A stretch of DNA of 64,000 nt from Candidatus Bathyarchaeota archaeon (GCA_963772455.1 CAVYXJ010000010.1:224001-288000), one strand, 5' to 3'; shown: positions 52,085 to 62,567, counted from the first letter of the stretch. Notes: generated by a model not told the origin, from the letters alone. Program-made: numbers and translations.

Positions 52085-52941
52085 AGTAGAATCAGCACCA
52101 CCACAACAAACAAAACCAGTACAACTGCCCTTCCAACTTCGTTGGTTGCTCCAATCATGTCGCCCGAAACGCCGCCAAAGACGCTGTTCGAAACTATGTT
52201 CATCACGTACGCCACTGGAATGCTAGCAAACACCAAGGCAATTGCGGCTAGACCAGCTATTGGGTAACCTGAAAAGTAGAAAACTGGGTAAACAATCAAG
52301 GGAGACATTAAGTAGGCTGCGAAGTTGAGTTTCCTTTTGGCTTTCGCAAGAAAAATCGAGCCTAATCCTTTATGGGAGGGTTTGCCGACCCAAACGATTG
52401 TCACCATTGAAAGCTTAGCTGAAACCTCAGCCAAAAATATTACTGAAAAAACAAGAAACAAATTCGTCGTTATGTTCAGTGTTAGCCAGTTAGTTAAGAA
52501 TAAACCTGCAAAAGCTAAAAACTCAACGACTAACGCCAGTACTGCGCCAGCACTTGTGACTGTCCAAGCATGCGCCTTCATTTTTCGATCCTGAACATTT
52601 CTTAAGCCAACAGCGTTTCCTAAATCGATTAAGCCGTCGAAATGCTGTAGTCCAGTTATTACGCTAAGGAAAGCTATGGTCATTGCTGCGGGAATAATGG
52701 CTCCAAAAAGCCCAACGGGCAAAGCTACAAAGCTGTTAGCTAAACCCAAAAGAAAACCAACGATAACGCTTGAGCCGACAAAGTAAGCTGCGCCAAGCAA
52801 ACCGATGAAGCCACCTATGAATGGAAAAAGCCACATGTTTTCTGCCGTCGTGAAAATGAAATCTTCTTTCCTCCCAACCGGAATTATGGTGAGGAAAGAC
52901 AGCAAATCCCTAAAAGTTTTTATAGTTTTCACAGGCGACAT
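52081..52941 (-). CDS. cobS: Divergent CobS-like (adenosylcobinamide-GDP ribazoletransferase family) membrane protein
   Basis: LSFLTIIP, TGLQHFDGLIDLGNA, GLGSIF, FGGVSGDMIGATNE; likely ATG start at 52941. Confidence 0.7.
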   Translation of the reverse strand: MSPVKTIKTFRDLLSFLTIIPVGRKEDFIFTTAENMWLFPFIGGFIGLLGAAYFVGSSVIVGFLLGLANSFVALPVGLFGAIIPAAMTIAFLSVITGLQHFDGLIDLGNAVGLRNVQDRKMKAHAWTVTSAGAVLALVVEFLAFAGLFLTNWLTLNITTNLFLVFSVIFLAEVSAKLSMVTIVWVGKPSHKGLGSIFLAKAKRKLNFAAYLMSPLIVYPVFYFSGYPIAGLAAIALVFASIPVAYVMNIVSNSVFGGVSGDMIGATNEVGRAVVLVLFVVVVLILL

Positions 52942-52989
52942 ATACCTACAACCTTCCCAATAGGGAATATAGACTTTGTCGTGACTTGG

Positions 52990-53919
52990 ATGGCTGACTT
53001 GAAAGGGAAAAAAGTGTTCGTTACTGGTGGAGCAGGTTTTATAGGCTACCACCTTTGCAATAAACTGTCAACTCTCACTGATGATTTGACGATTTACGAT
53101 AACTTATCAAGCGGTAAAATGGAAAATGTCAAAGACAATCCTAAAGCCAAATTCGTTGAAGGCGATATTTTAGACGTTAAAAAACTCTGCAGTCAACCAA
53201 AGTCAGACTTGATTTACCATTTAGCTGCACAAGTAGTTGTTCCTTACTCGATGGAGAATCCGTTGATAGATTTTGAAATTAACGCCAAAGGAACCCTTTG
53301 TGTTCTTGAGAAAGCGCGAAAAGACGATGCGAAACTGGTTTTTGCCTCAAGCGCCGCAATCTACGGCAACCCAACACAGTTGCCAACCTCCGAAGATTAC
53401 GGTTTCCATCCATTCTCATGCTACGGATTATCAAAGGTTGTGGGCGAAGAATACTGCCAAATGTACCGTGAACAATACGGTTTAGACATTGTAATCACAA
53501 GGTTCGCCAACGTTTATGGACTAAGATGCCACGGCGTTATCCATGACTTTCTCGAGAAACTCGCTAAAAACCCAAACAAACTCGAAATCATAGGCACCGG
53601 GCAACAATCACGCGATTTGGTGCACGTCTCCGATGTTGTGGATTTGCTGGCTAAAGTTGGCTCACTTGAATCTGCCAACGGACAAACATACAACGTAGGT
53701 CTTGGCAAAACAACAAAGATAATCGATTTAGCTAAACTGATGCTTCAGATTCTCAACCTTCAAGATAAAACCGTCGTAACAACCACCGGTGTGTCTTGGC
53801 AGGGCGACATCGTCACCATATGGTTTAACAATCAAAAAGCCAGAAAAGAATTGAATTGGAATCCAAAGGTCACTTTAGAAGAAAGCATAAAAGAAGTCAT
53901 CGCCGCGAGGAAACTCTAG
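52990..53919 (+). CDS. NAD-dependent nucleotide-sugar epimerase/dehydratase
   Basis: VTGGAGFIG, HLAAQ, SSAAIYG, YGLSK, RFANVYG. Confidence 0.9.
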   Translation: MADLKGKKVFVTGGAGFIGYHLCNKLSTLTDDLTIYDNLSSGKMENVKDNPKAKFVEGDILDVKKLCSQPKSDLIYHLAAQVVVPYSMENPLIDFEINAKGTLCVLEKARKDDAKLVFASSAAIYGNPTQLPTSEDYGFHPFSCYGLSKVVGEEYCQMYREQYGLDIVITRFANVYGLRCHGVIHDFLEKLAKNPNKLEIIGTGQQSRDLVHVSDVVDLLAKVGSLESANGQTYNVGLGKTTKIIDLAKLMLQILNLQDKTVVTTTGVSWQGDIVTIWFNNQKARKELNWNPKVTLEESIKEVIAARKL

Positions 53920-53921
53920 AA

Positions 53922-54797
53922 ATGACCGCTGCCGCGCCAGCGAAAGGATTAATCGCTCTTCTGCGGCTTCCCTACTGGCTCATGACTGGCGGGTTATCAG
54001 TTTTAACAGCTTTTGCAATCACAAAAACCATGATTGCTCCCCAAACAATCCTGCTTATTTTCTTCTCTATGGCGTTCATAACCTCTGCTGGCTTTGCCAT
54101 AAACGATTATTTCGACCGAGAAAGTGATGCGGTAATCAAGCCAAAACGCCCTATTCCTTCAGGAGCATTATCGCTTAAACAAGTAGTGGCTGTTTCAAGC
54201 ATACTCTTCGCTTTAGGATTAGTTATGGCAGCTTTGATTAATTGGCTTAGTTTCGCGATCATCGCCGTTGATTCGCTGTTGCTGCTGGTTTATTCTTACA
54301 TGGTGAAGCGCAAGTCTGGTTTTGTTGCTAACATTTTGGTCGGCATTCTAACAGGAACGGCGTTCATGTATGGGCAAGCCACAATAACCAATCCTGCAAT
54401 TGTGAATTTGGTTTCGTTAAGCTTGTACCCAATAGCTTTTGGCACCATCGGCGGTAACGTGCTTCGGGACATCTTGAGCGTGGAAGGCGACTCCAAAGTT
54501 GGATACCCAACCCTGCCCCAGAAAATCGGCAACATAAGCGCAGCCAAAGTCGGCGCTCTATTTTTCCTCTTGACAGGTATACTTGCACCCCTTCCATATT
54601 TCATAGGAAATTTTACTTTCTACTATCTGCCGCTAATTCTGCTCTGGAGTGTCCTGTTAATCTACGCTTCAATTCGACTAGTAACATCATGTTCAACCGT
54701 TCAGAACGTCCGCAAGTATGAACGCATAGTTACAATGTCGATGATTCTGCTGCCTCTGGCTTTGATAGTTGAAGCTGTGCTTGGATGGTTGATATGA
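53922..54797 (+). CDS. UbiA-family prenyltransferase, digeranylgeranylglyceryl-phosphate (DGGGP) synthase-like
   Basis: AINDYFDRESDAVIKPKRPIPSG, YS..KR.G..AN, RDILSVEGDSKVGYPTLP. Confidence 0.82.
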   Translation: MTAAAPAKGLIALLRLPYWLMTGGLSVLTAFAITKTMIAPQTILLIFFSMAFITSAGFAINDYFDRESDAVIKPKRPIPSGALSLKQVVAVSSILFALGLVMAALINWLSFAIIAVDSLLLLVYSYMVKRKSGFVANILVGILTGTAFMYGQATITNPAIVNLVSLSLYPIAFGTIGGNVLRDILSVEGDSKVGYPTLPQKIGNISAAKVGALFFLLTGILAPLPYFIGNFTFYYLPLILLWSVLLIYASIRLVTSCSTVQNVRKYERIVTMSMILLPLALIVEAVLGWLI

Positions 54798-56261
54798 GCG
54801 AAACCAAAAGTATCTGCCCTGACTGCCAAAAGAAAATAGATGCTCAACTCTCTCAAACCAATGGCAAAATCCAAATCACAAAACAATGCCCTGAACATGG
54901 CGAATTCAAAGCAACCCATTGGCAAAGCGTGCCAATATACAATCACATGCAAAAATACGATCAGTACCAGTACCTTGGCGACTTGAACGCGCCAAAAAAC
55001 CCTGATGGGTGCCCTTACAAATGCGAAACTTGTACTGAACATGCTTCTGGAACAGTGATTGGCGTCATTGACGTAACCAAACGTTGCAACTTTAAATGTG
55101 CAGTATGTTTTTCAACTTTTCCAGATCAAGAAGGGGATTATGAACCCACCAAAGAAGCACTCGTAAACATGCTCAAGTTCGCAAGCAAAGCTAACCCTAA
55201 ACCCCCAGCAATTCTATTCTCAGGCGGTGAACCCCTTGAACGCGAAGACATGCCTGAAATCATAGCCGCTGCGCATAAACTGAAATTCATGACTATCTTG
55301 GCGACAAACGGGACACATTTGGTGGATACGCCGGGATTAGCCAAGAGGCTCAAAGACAGCGGCTTAAACATAGTTTATTTATCGTTTGACAGTTTTCATG
55401 AAGAGTTCAACAGAAAGGTTAGAGGACGAGAGCTTCTTAGACATGAAACTTAAGGCTATAGACGTTTGCCGCAAATACGACATGGAAATAATCCTCGTTA
55501 ACACCTTGATGAAGAGTCTTAACGACAAAGAAGTAGGCGACATGATCCGATTCGCCGCCAAAAACACTGACATAGTCCGAGGTTTAATTTTTCAACCTAT
55601 CGCCTTTACAGGCAGAGCAACAGAGAATCCATTCCGCGAGAACTTTCGTGAATGGTCTTTTGCTGAGGATGTGGAAAGCCAAACTCAAGGCGAAATAAAA
55701 TCCACTGATTTGTATCCTATGTCCGTTATGACTTCGCCGATTAAAATAATGCGTAAGTTCATGCAGAAACCTTGGCCATTGTTCTCATGCAGCCCGCAGT
55801 GCGGAATTGTCAATTGGGTTTACGTTTCTAAAAGCGGCAAAATGTTTCCAATCAACCGCTTCGTAAACTTTGACCGCTTTTTCAATAGTATTCGCAAAAC
55901 TGCTGAAAACGCAGAGTCAAAAGGTAAAATTTCCTTGCTATCCTCACTTTTCATGGCTTCTATGTTGTCAATGGATATGTTCTTAGTTACCAAAGAAGTC
56001 GGTATGCCAACTCTGATGAAGTCAATTATGAAAATGCATCTTTCGCCATCTTATCAGTCGCTGGGTAAAATCCGTCGCAGAATATTCCTGTTGGGCTGCA
56101 TGGCGTTCATGGATTCTTACAACTTTGACGTTAATCGTGTCCGACGATGCGTAGTGCACTACATCACGCCAGATCTTAAAATAATTCCATTCTGCGCCTA
56201 CAACAACGTCCATCGAGTCGCCATCGAGAAAGCATATGCCCAAAGACACAAGAAAGCTTAA
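54794..56261 (+). CDS. tes: Tetraether lipid synthase (Tes/GDGT-MAS, MJ0619-family) like radical SAM enzyme, frameshift near 55439
   Basis: N-terminal CPDC…CPEHG, CPYKCETCTEH, IDVTKRCNFKCAVCF, FQPIAFTGR, CSPQCG, RRCVVHYITPD..IIPFCAYN; ATGA-coupled to the UbiA gene. Confidence 0.75.
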
Positions 56262-56308
56262 CTTTGCAACATACGCTTTTGAGTTATTCTGAATTTGAAC
56301 AACGAAAT

Positions 56309-56818
56309 TTAGCTTATCACACTAATTTTTAGAACGCAGGAATTTGGAGTTAAAACCAAGACGCCGTTTTTCATTTGCCAAAGTTCAAATTCAACTGAGT
56401 AGTCGCCAACCTGATTAAGAGTGATTGATGCTGAGTCTTGCCAAGTTTCCCCATCCTTCAAACTTAAATCATAAGTCTTGGTCGGCTGTGTACCTGGAAA
56501 ATTTGGAGAAATTTTTGATTGAACTTGATACGTTTGGGTGTCTGTGCCTCCCATGTGATTTACAACATTAACGTATACGATGAAGGTGTTATTCTGGTTA
56601 ACAACAAGAGTAGAAGGAAAGTCAACGGCTTTTTTCTGGGCATCAAGCAAATAAATTGTGTTATAGGGCTCTGCTTGTGGTCTGAATACTACATAATAAC
56701 CTATGACTGTGGCGGAAACAATGATTAAAGCAAGAAAAATAGCAACAGCGAAGCCTTTCTCTTCATCTAAACCGATTTTTCTTCCAATTCTCTTGACACT
56801 TTCGAATTGTATCCGCAT
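56309..56818 (-). CDS. DUF1616-like membrane-anchored protein
   Basis: Single TM followed by EPYNTIYLLD…FPSTL…VVNHMG…VEFELW. Confidence 0.65.
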   Translation of the reverse strand: MRIQFESVKRIGRKIGLDEEKGFAVAIFLALIIVSATVIGYYVVFRPQAEPYNTIYLLDAQKKAVDFPSTLVVNQNNTFIVYVNVVNHMGGTDTQTYQVQSKISPNFPGTQPTKTYDLSLKDGETWQDSASITLNQVGDYSVEFELWQMKNGVLVLTPNSCVLKISVIS

Positions 56819-57509
56819 CCAAAAGCCCCTTAAAGATAGTGCTAAATATCTGAATCCCAGACTTAAATGGTTTAAGCTTGGTTTTCCCATATTCTCGGTG
56901 CTTATAAGTTGTTGGAACTTCCACCATTGTGTAACCTTCTTTAGCGAATTGAATCAGCATTTCGGTGGCAAATGCCATGTCATCCTCTTTTAGTTTTACT
57001 TTGTCTATAGCTTCATGGGATATTGCCCGGAAGCCAGATTGTGAATCACTTAAGAATTGGCTGTAGCAGAAGTCAAAGCAGAAAGTGATTACTTTGTTGC
57101 CTAAAAAGTTGAAGAAACCCATGGCTTTTTTCGGATCATACATGCGTGTGCCCAAAACCATGTCTACATCTTTCGTAATCATATGGTCTATTAAGCGGTT
57201 TATGTGTTTGAACTCGTAAGTGCCGTCTGCGTCAACCATGATAATGATGTTGCCTTTCGCGTTCTTCATTCCAGTTCGCAATGCAACTCCGTAGCCGCGT
57301 CTGGGTTCAATAATTAATCTGCAAAAATCAGTATCCTTTACAATTTCAATAGTTCCATCAGTTGAATTGCTATCTACTACAATTATTTCTTTGGGGTAAT
57401 GTACATTGTTATTGATAGTGGTAACAGCTTCCAATATGGTGCCAGCTTCGTTTAGTGTTGGAATGATGACTGAAACTAGATCAACTTTAGATGTCATGGT
57501 AAACCCCAT
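56763..57509 (-). CDS. Glycosyltransferase family 2 (DPM synthase-like)
   Basis: VIIPTLNE, DSNSTDGT, RRGYG, VDADGTY, DSQSGFRA. Confidence 0.9.
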   Translation of the reverse strand: MGFTMTSKVDLVSVIIPTLNEAGTILEAVTTINNNVHYPKEIIVVDSNSTDGTIEIVKDTDFCRLIIEPRRGYGVALRTGMKNAKGNIIIMVDADGTYEFKHINRLIDHMITKDVDMVLGTRMYDPKKAMGFFNFLGNKVITFCFDFCYSQFLSDSQSGFRAISHEAIDKVKLKEDDMAFATEMLIQFAKEGYTMVEVPTTYKHREYGKTKLKPFKSGIQIFSTIFKGLLDADTIRKCQENWKKNRFR

Positions 57510-57539
57510 TTGCTAAGGCTAATAGATGCGCTAGTCTGG

Positions 57540-58697
57540 TTAAATAAGCTCTTCGTATATTTTGACAAGTGAATCAACATTCCTATCCCAGCTATGTTTC
57601 TCTTCCATCATCGCTCGAATCTTGGGTGTGCGTGAAGACAAATCCATCTTTGAGTAATCTACAATTGCCTCTGCCAGTTGCTCTGGCATGTTAGGAGGAA
57701 CCAATTTTCCATACTCCTCAGTTAATATTTCCCCGATTCCACCCACATCCGTTGCTACTACAGGCAATCCACAGGCCATGGCTTCTTCGGCAACCAAAGG
57801 TAAGCCTTCACCAGATTTCGATGGCACCACAAAAAAGTCTGCAGTATTATAGTAAAAGGGTAAATCGTTACTTGAGACAAAACCAGCAAAAATAACATTT
57901 TTCTCTATTCCCAGCTGTTTTATCCTTTCTTGGGCGTTGTCTTTGTTTGGACCTATTCCAACAATTAGAAAAGTGATGTTTGGGTTCTTTTTAACTGCAA
58001 TGTTCGCAGCTTCAATTAGAGTATCGATGCCGTTTTTGTAAACAATTCTTCTGACTGTTAAAACAACAATTGCGTTTTGGGAAATTCCCAATTTCTTCCT
58101 CATTTCTTCTCGCTTGCCAGCGATGGGGCGAAAATGCTCCAAGTCTACGCCGTTATGCATTACGATGACTTTCTTTGGATCCGCGCCCAAACTTAAAACA
58201 TAATTTTTGGTTGCATTGCTTACGGTGATTATTTTGTCTGCTAGTTTAAGCGTTTGCCTTCCAACTGCAAGGTCATTTAGACGTTCTACGGTTTCAAACA
58301 TGTTGTCATATTCGATGAATGTGTTATGTTGGGTTAGGACAAAGGGTTTCGAGTACCGTTTAGCCAGTTTTCCCATTATAAGCGAAGTAAGATATGGGTG
58401 GCCATGTGCATGCACTATATCACATGATTGTACAGCGTTGAGGAAAGTTTCAAGACTTGCCACGGAAGGAATAGTGTAAGGTATCCCAAGTCGATATCCT
58501 GTGTTCAACGATTCATAACAATCAACTTTTACTCCTTTTATGACGTAGCTTTTGGGAGTATTCATCCTGTTTGTAACTACAAATGGATCATAGTTTCTGT
58601 TGAGTAGACGTCTGCTTTGTTCATAAACAACGGTTTGTATTCCGCCCACCTGCGGCAGGTAGATGTTTGTGACAATACACAGACGTGTTTTAGCCAT
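57540..58697 (-). CDS. Glycosyltransferase family 4
   Basis: YLPQVGG, MHNGVD, RRIVYKNG, EGLPLVAEEAMACGLPVV. Confidence 0.9.
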   Translation of the reverse strand: MAKTRLCIVTNIYLPQVGGIQTVVYEQSRRLLNRNYDPFVVTNRMNTPKSYVIKGVKVDCYESLNTGYRLGIPYTIPSVASLETFLNAVQSCDIVHAHGHPYLTSLIMGKLAKRYSKPFVLTQHNTFIEYDNMFETVERLNDLAVGRQTLKLADKIITVSNATKNYVLSLGADPKKVIVMHNGVDLEHFRPIAGKREEMRKKLGISQNAIVVLTVRRIVYKNGIDTLIEAANIAVKKNPNITFLIVGIGPNKDNAQERIKQLGIEKNVIFAGFVSSNDLPFYYNTADFFVVPSKSGEGLPLVAEEAMACGLPVVATDVGGIGEILTEEYGKLVPPNMPEQLAEAIVDYSKMDLSSRTPKIRAMMEEKHSWDRNVDSLVKIYEELI

Positions 58698-58757
58698 GCT
58701 TGAATTCCTCGCTCAACATAGTATTATAATGTTATGGAACCCTCAGGCACCCTTTAA

Positions 58758-59738
58758 TTATTGAACTAAACCTTGAGTTGCGTATGGTACCGCATTAGTA
58801 AACGGTGTCCAGGCGTTAAAACATGTATTATCCACATTCAAATTTTTGACAGCGGAAATTAATTCAAAAATTCCTTCATCTAAAGACACTTTAGCACGGT
58901 AACCCAAAGTCTCTATTTTAAGTGTTGAAAGAATGTAATTTCGCTTATCCCAATGATAATCCGATTCTGCTACATGCAAATCGTAATCAACTTGTTTTTT
59001 TATTCGTTGAGCAATTTGTTCTTTTGTAAACGTTAACCTTGATGAACCAACATTGAAAATTTCACCCTCCATCGATTTTCTGTTGTTAATCGCAAACAAT
59101 ATGCTCCTTGAAATATCGCGAACGTGAATCACGGACCTAATTGATCTTTCGCCGTAAACCATCAGGGCTTTGTGTTTGACGGCTTCATACACAAACTGAT
59201 TAACCAACAGATCCAGCCGCATCCGATACGAAACTCCAAATGCAGTGGCAAACCTAAGAGTAACAACGTTTTTTCTTTCAGAAAATATTTTTTCAGCTTC
59301 AAATTTGGTTCTTGCATAGTGTGATTGCGGAGTGGGTACCCTTTTCTCTGTACAATCTAACCCATTAAGTACGCCATATACGCTTCCTGTGGAAGCAAAA
59401 ATTAGAAGTTGATCATCGGACAAATACCTGTTTATTTTTCTGGAGGCATTAACATTTACGTCAGTTGCCTGTTCCCTGTTGCCTTCACACAAAGGTTCAC
59501 CAACAATCGCCGCCAGATGCACCACGACATCTTTATTTTCGATAAGAGTTTTGATTAATTTATCATCCCTAACATCTCCTTTAACGAACTCAAACCCACG
59601 TTTGCCCACATTAACACAAATCCCTTGCATCCCCCAGGTTAAATTGTCCAGAACAGTTACTTCATGTCCTTCTTTGAGTAGCTCAGGGACAAGCGTAGAA
59701 CCAATGAAGCCTGCACCTCCAGTAACAAGAATTCTCAT
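58758..59738 (-). CDS. NAD-dependent epimerase/dehydratase
   Basis: VTGGAGFIGS, HLAAIVG, ASTGSVYG, YARTK, RMRLDLLVN. Confidence 0.9.
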   Translation of the reverse strand: MRILVTGGAGFIGSTLVPELLKEGHEVTVLDNLTWGMQGICVNVGKRGFEFVKGDVRDDKLIKTLIENKDVVVHLAAIVGEPLCEGNREQATDVNVNASRKINRYLSDDQLLIFASTGSVYGVLNGLDCTEKRVPTPQSHYARTKFEAEKIFSERKNVVTLRFATAFGVSYRMRLDLLVNQFVYEAVKHKALMVYGERSIRSVIHVRDISRSILFAINNRKSMEGEIFNVGSSRLTFTKEQIAQRIKKQVDYDLHVAESDYHWDKRNYILSTLKIETLGYRAKVSLDEGIFELISAVKNLNVDNTCFNAWTPFTNAVPYATQGLVQ

Positions 59739-59899
59739 CTCAACACCTGGTCAATTTATAGCAAGGTTAAGGTTTTAATGACTTTTCGTACACAACTCTT
59801 GACTAAACTTAGTCCATTTTTCTTGACTGACAAAATCATATTTGCAAACAATAAAACAAGGTGAACCTTGAAGTTGAAATTCCAAGAAAAATTGTTTTT

Positions 59900-61012
59900 T
59901 TACCAACCAGCTTTAACTGTTCCAATTATGTATTTCAAATCTTCTAAAGTTAAATCCTCATGAATGGGCAAGCAGATAAAATCTCTATCAATTCTATCTG
60001 TATTAGGCAAATCTGTTCTTTGTTGACCAAAAATTGAGAACACATCATTTCTGTAACTCTGCACGTTCAACTCTATGCCTTTAATGCGCATGGTTTCTAA
60101 GAATTTTTGTCTCCGCTCAACATGAATTGGATAGAGGAAATAGGCACTTTTGCTGTCCGCCCTATATTCCATAAGCTTAACCCCCCTTATCCCTTGCAGT
60201 TCCTCATCATAGATTTTGGCTTTTTCACTTCGTTGAGCCAAGATTCTATCGACATAGCTGAGCTGCTCTCTGCCAATGGCGGCAAGAAAACTATTCATCC
60301 TCATCTTATAACCGACCTCAATGATGTCTTGCGTATATGCTCCGGTTAATGCATCTCTTTTTTGACGATCCATCCCAAACCAGGATCTCCTATTAGCCGC
60401 TTGAAAAATACTCTCGCTATTGGTAGCCAACATGCCTCCATCTCCAGTTGTTATGTGTTTAACCGCGGCAAAAGAGTAACAAGCAAACGAAGAGTTGCAG
60501 CCTATGAAGTTGTCTTGGTAAGTTGCGCCGATTGCGTGGGCACAATCTTCAATTAACGCTAAATTATGCGTTTGGGCTATTTCTCTGAGTTCGGTTAGGT
60601 CACATGGATATCCTAAGTTATGTACACAAATGATTGCTTTGGTTTTTTTTGTGATTCTTTTTTCAATATCTGAAACGTCGATATTTGCGGTTTCATAGTT
60701 AACATCCACAAAGATTGGCGAAGCGAACTGTTCAAGAATTGAAGTGTTGGTGGCAACCATAGTGAAGGCTGGAGATATTACCTCGTCGCCTGGTCCCACG
60801 CCTGCAATAGCAAGGGATAATCTTAGCGCTGAAGTGCAGGAATTCAGTGCTACAGCAAATTTAACGTTGAATTTTTCCGCGAAAGCTTTCTCAAATAAGG
60901 TTGTTTCTATTCCAACATTGAGCCATTTGCCTTGTAAGGTTTTTGACGCTACATCAATTACGCTCTGTGGCATATGTGAACTGAAAATGTTGATTTTTCT
61001 TTGCGGTGCCAT
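59900..61012 (-). CDS. DegT/DnrJ/EryC1/StrS PLP-dependent sugar aminotransferase
   Basis: NSCTSAL, GPGDEVI, IEDCAHAIG, SFAAVKHITTGDGG, CLPIH. Confidence 0.9.
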   Translation of the reverse strand: MAPQRKINIFSSHMPQSVIDVASKTLQGKWLNVGIETTLFEKAFAEKFNVKFAVALNSCTSALRLSLAIAGVGPGDEVISPAFTMVATNTSILEQFASPIFVDVNYETANIDVSDIEKRITKKTKAIICVHNLGYPCDLTELREIAQTHNLALIEDCAHAIGATYQDNFIGCNSSFACYSFAAVKHITTGDGGMLATNSESIFQAANRRSWFGMDRQKRDALTGAYTQDIIEVGYKMRMNSFLAAIGREQLSYVDRILAQRSEKAKIYDEELQGIRGVKLMEYRADSKSAYFLYPIHVERRQKFLETMRIKGIELNVQSYRNDVFSIFGQQRTDLPNTDRIDRDFICLPIHEDLTLEDLKYIIGTVKAGW

Positions 61013-61097
61013 GATTCTTGTTAAGATGAATTCTTATTAAATTCTTGCTAACAAGCGGTTAATTGCTATTCTAAGAAATAGGGTAGGCAAAAATCAT

Positions 61098-61580
61098 TTA
61101 CGGTTTAGCTTGCTTACCTTTCAGTGCATTTGTATAAACATTCGAAGATGCTCCAGCCACCAATGCGCCAATTGCATCATTTGTCAGGGGAGGCAACTTC
61201 TTAAGGATGCCAGGTTTAGCCTGATCAAATCGAACGAACTCAAACATAGCTCTTGATCCTCCAATGTATGTGGCGATGGCTATGCCAATAAGTTCATCTG
61301 CGACAAGACCGGGTCTGCCCAAAAATCTCTCTTTTGATAACCCTGGGATTCGCCCGTTTTCAGCTTCTTCTTGGGCAAGGAAAGCGGCAACAATGAGGGT
61401 TGAAACGTTTACATCTGTTAAGATGTCAAGGAATTCATCTTTAAGCAATTCGATGGCCTTTTCTTGTGTTTCTACACCTGGGTGGGGAACGTACATTTCA
61501 AGTGCGCTCTCGATTAGGCTTTGCAATGTGATGCCTTTGCCTTCTAAGTAAGTTAACAATGGCGGGTTTTGCTTATTCAT
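61098..61580 (-). CDS. cobZ: Archaeal alpha-ribazole phosphatase CobZ (PgpA-like)
   Basis: DVNVSTL, LVADELIG..IATYIGG..A.FEF.RFD..KPGIL..LPP…DAIGAL. Confidence 0.8.
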   Translation of the reverse strand: MNKQNPPLLTYLEGKGITLQSLIESALEMYVPHPGVETQEKAIELLKDEFLDILTDVNVSTLIVAAFLAQEEAENGRIPGLSKERFLGRPGLVADELIGIAIATYIGGSRAMFEFVRFDQAKPGILKKLPPLTNDAIGALVAGASSNVYTNALKGKQAKP

Positions 61581-61884
61581 GCGTTAAACCTCAAGTTTTA
61601 GAGGTACAGACTGTTTTAAGTGTTGTGTGGCTTTATTTACAATAACGCATAAATGAAAAGTTGGATAAACCAATAAATTTAAAATATTTTAATTAGCTGA
61701 AAATCGAAAATATTTATCTTGCTATAACCAAACTTTTATCAAAAAAGAATTTGAATAACTATTTGAATAGTAAATAAGCAGTTTTTTATACAAGCGTCCA
61801 CAATTAAAAATCAATATCAAAATCACCTAAAAACCATTAATTAAACAATTGGTTAAGAGTGAAAAATAGAGGAGATAAAACTGA

Positions 61885-62556
61885 ATGAAAGTTGTTGCTT
61901 CATGGAGCGGCGGAAAAGACAGTGCTTATGCATATTATTTGGCAACCCAGCAAGGCCATCAAGTAATCAACACTTTTACTATGATGATGAGTGAATCTAA
62001 ATCAAACTTCCACATGATACCATCAGGAATCTTGGATTTGCAAGCCGAATCCATCGGGATTCCATTAATCAAAAAAACCACTTCTCCGCAGAATTATGAG
62101 AAAGACTTCAAAGAGGTCCTAATGCAGTGCAAAGCAAAAGGTGCAGAAGGCTTAGTCACAGGCGACATTTACGAAGTCGCTGGACACGAAGAAGGCTGGC
62201 TTGGACGAGTCTGCAAAGAAATCGGTTTAACACCCGTAAAACCATTATGGATGGGCGATACAAAACAAATTTACCTTGAATACCTCAAAACAGGATTCAA
62301 AGCAACAGTTGTACGCACAAAATTGGATAAGCTTGGAATAGATTGGCTTGGAAAAGTGCTGGACCGAAAATTCTACGATGACATCTTAAAACTCGGCAAC
62401 GTTGACCCCTGCGGCGAAGGCGGCGAATACCACACCGTAATCACCGACGGACCCACCTTTAAGAAAAAGATTGAAATTGAGGAAACACAGAAACATAAGC
62501 TTGAAGGCGGCTTTGGATACTTGGAAATAAAAAAATTCAAAGCAGTGCCCAAGTAA
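61885..62556 (+). CDS. Diphthamide-synthase-like (Dph6/MJ0570 family) ATP pyrophosphatase
   Basis: SWSGGKDS PP-loop, TGDI, PLW, DPCGEGGEYHT. Confidence 0.85.
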   Translation: MKVVASWSGGKDSAYAYYLATQQGHQVINTFTMMMSESKSNFHMIPSGILDLQAESIGIPLIKKTTSPQNYEKDFKEVLMQCKAKGAEGLVTGDIYEVAGHEEGWLGRVCKEIGLTPVKPLWMGDTKQIYLEYLKTGFKATVVRTKLDKLGIDWLGKVLDRKFYDDILKLGNVDPCGEGGEYHTVITDGPTFKKKIEIEETQKHKLEGGFGYLEIKKFKAVPK

Positions 62557-62567
62557 AGGGAAACCCC

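Noticed and set aside
7108-53919. Genome-wide TAG reassignment to pyrrolysine
   Set aside because: Several complete genes (e.g. ending 7108, 11657, 16366, 40584, 53919) stop at TAG at expected C-termini
61581-61884. Cobalamin riboswitch upstream of cob genes
   Set aside because: The region is very AT-rich with no B12-box-like consensus; it looks like a plain divergent archaeal promoter
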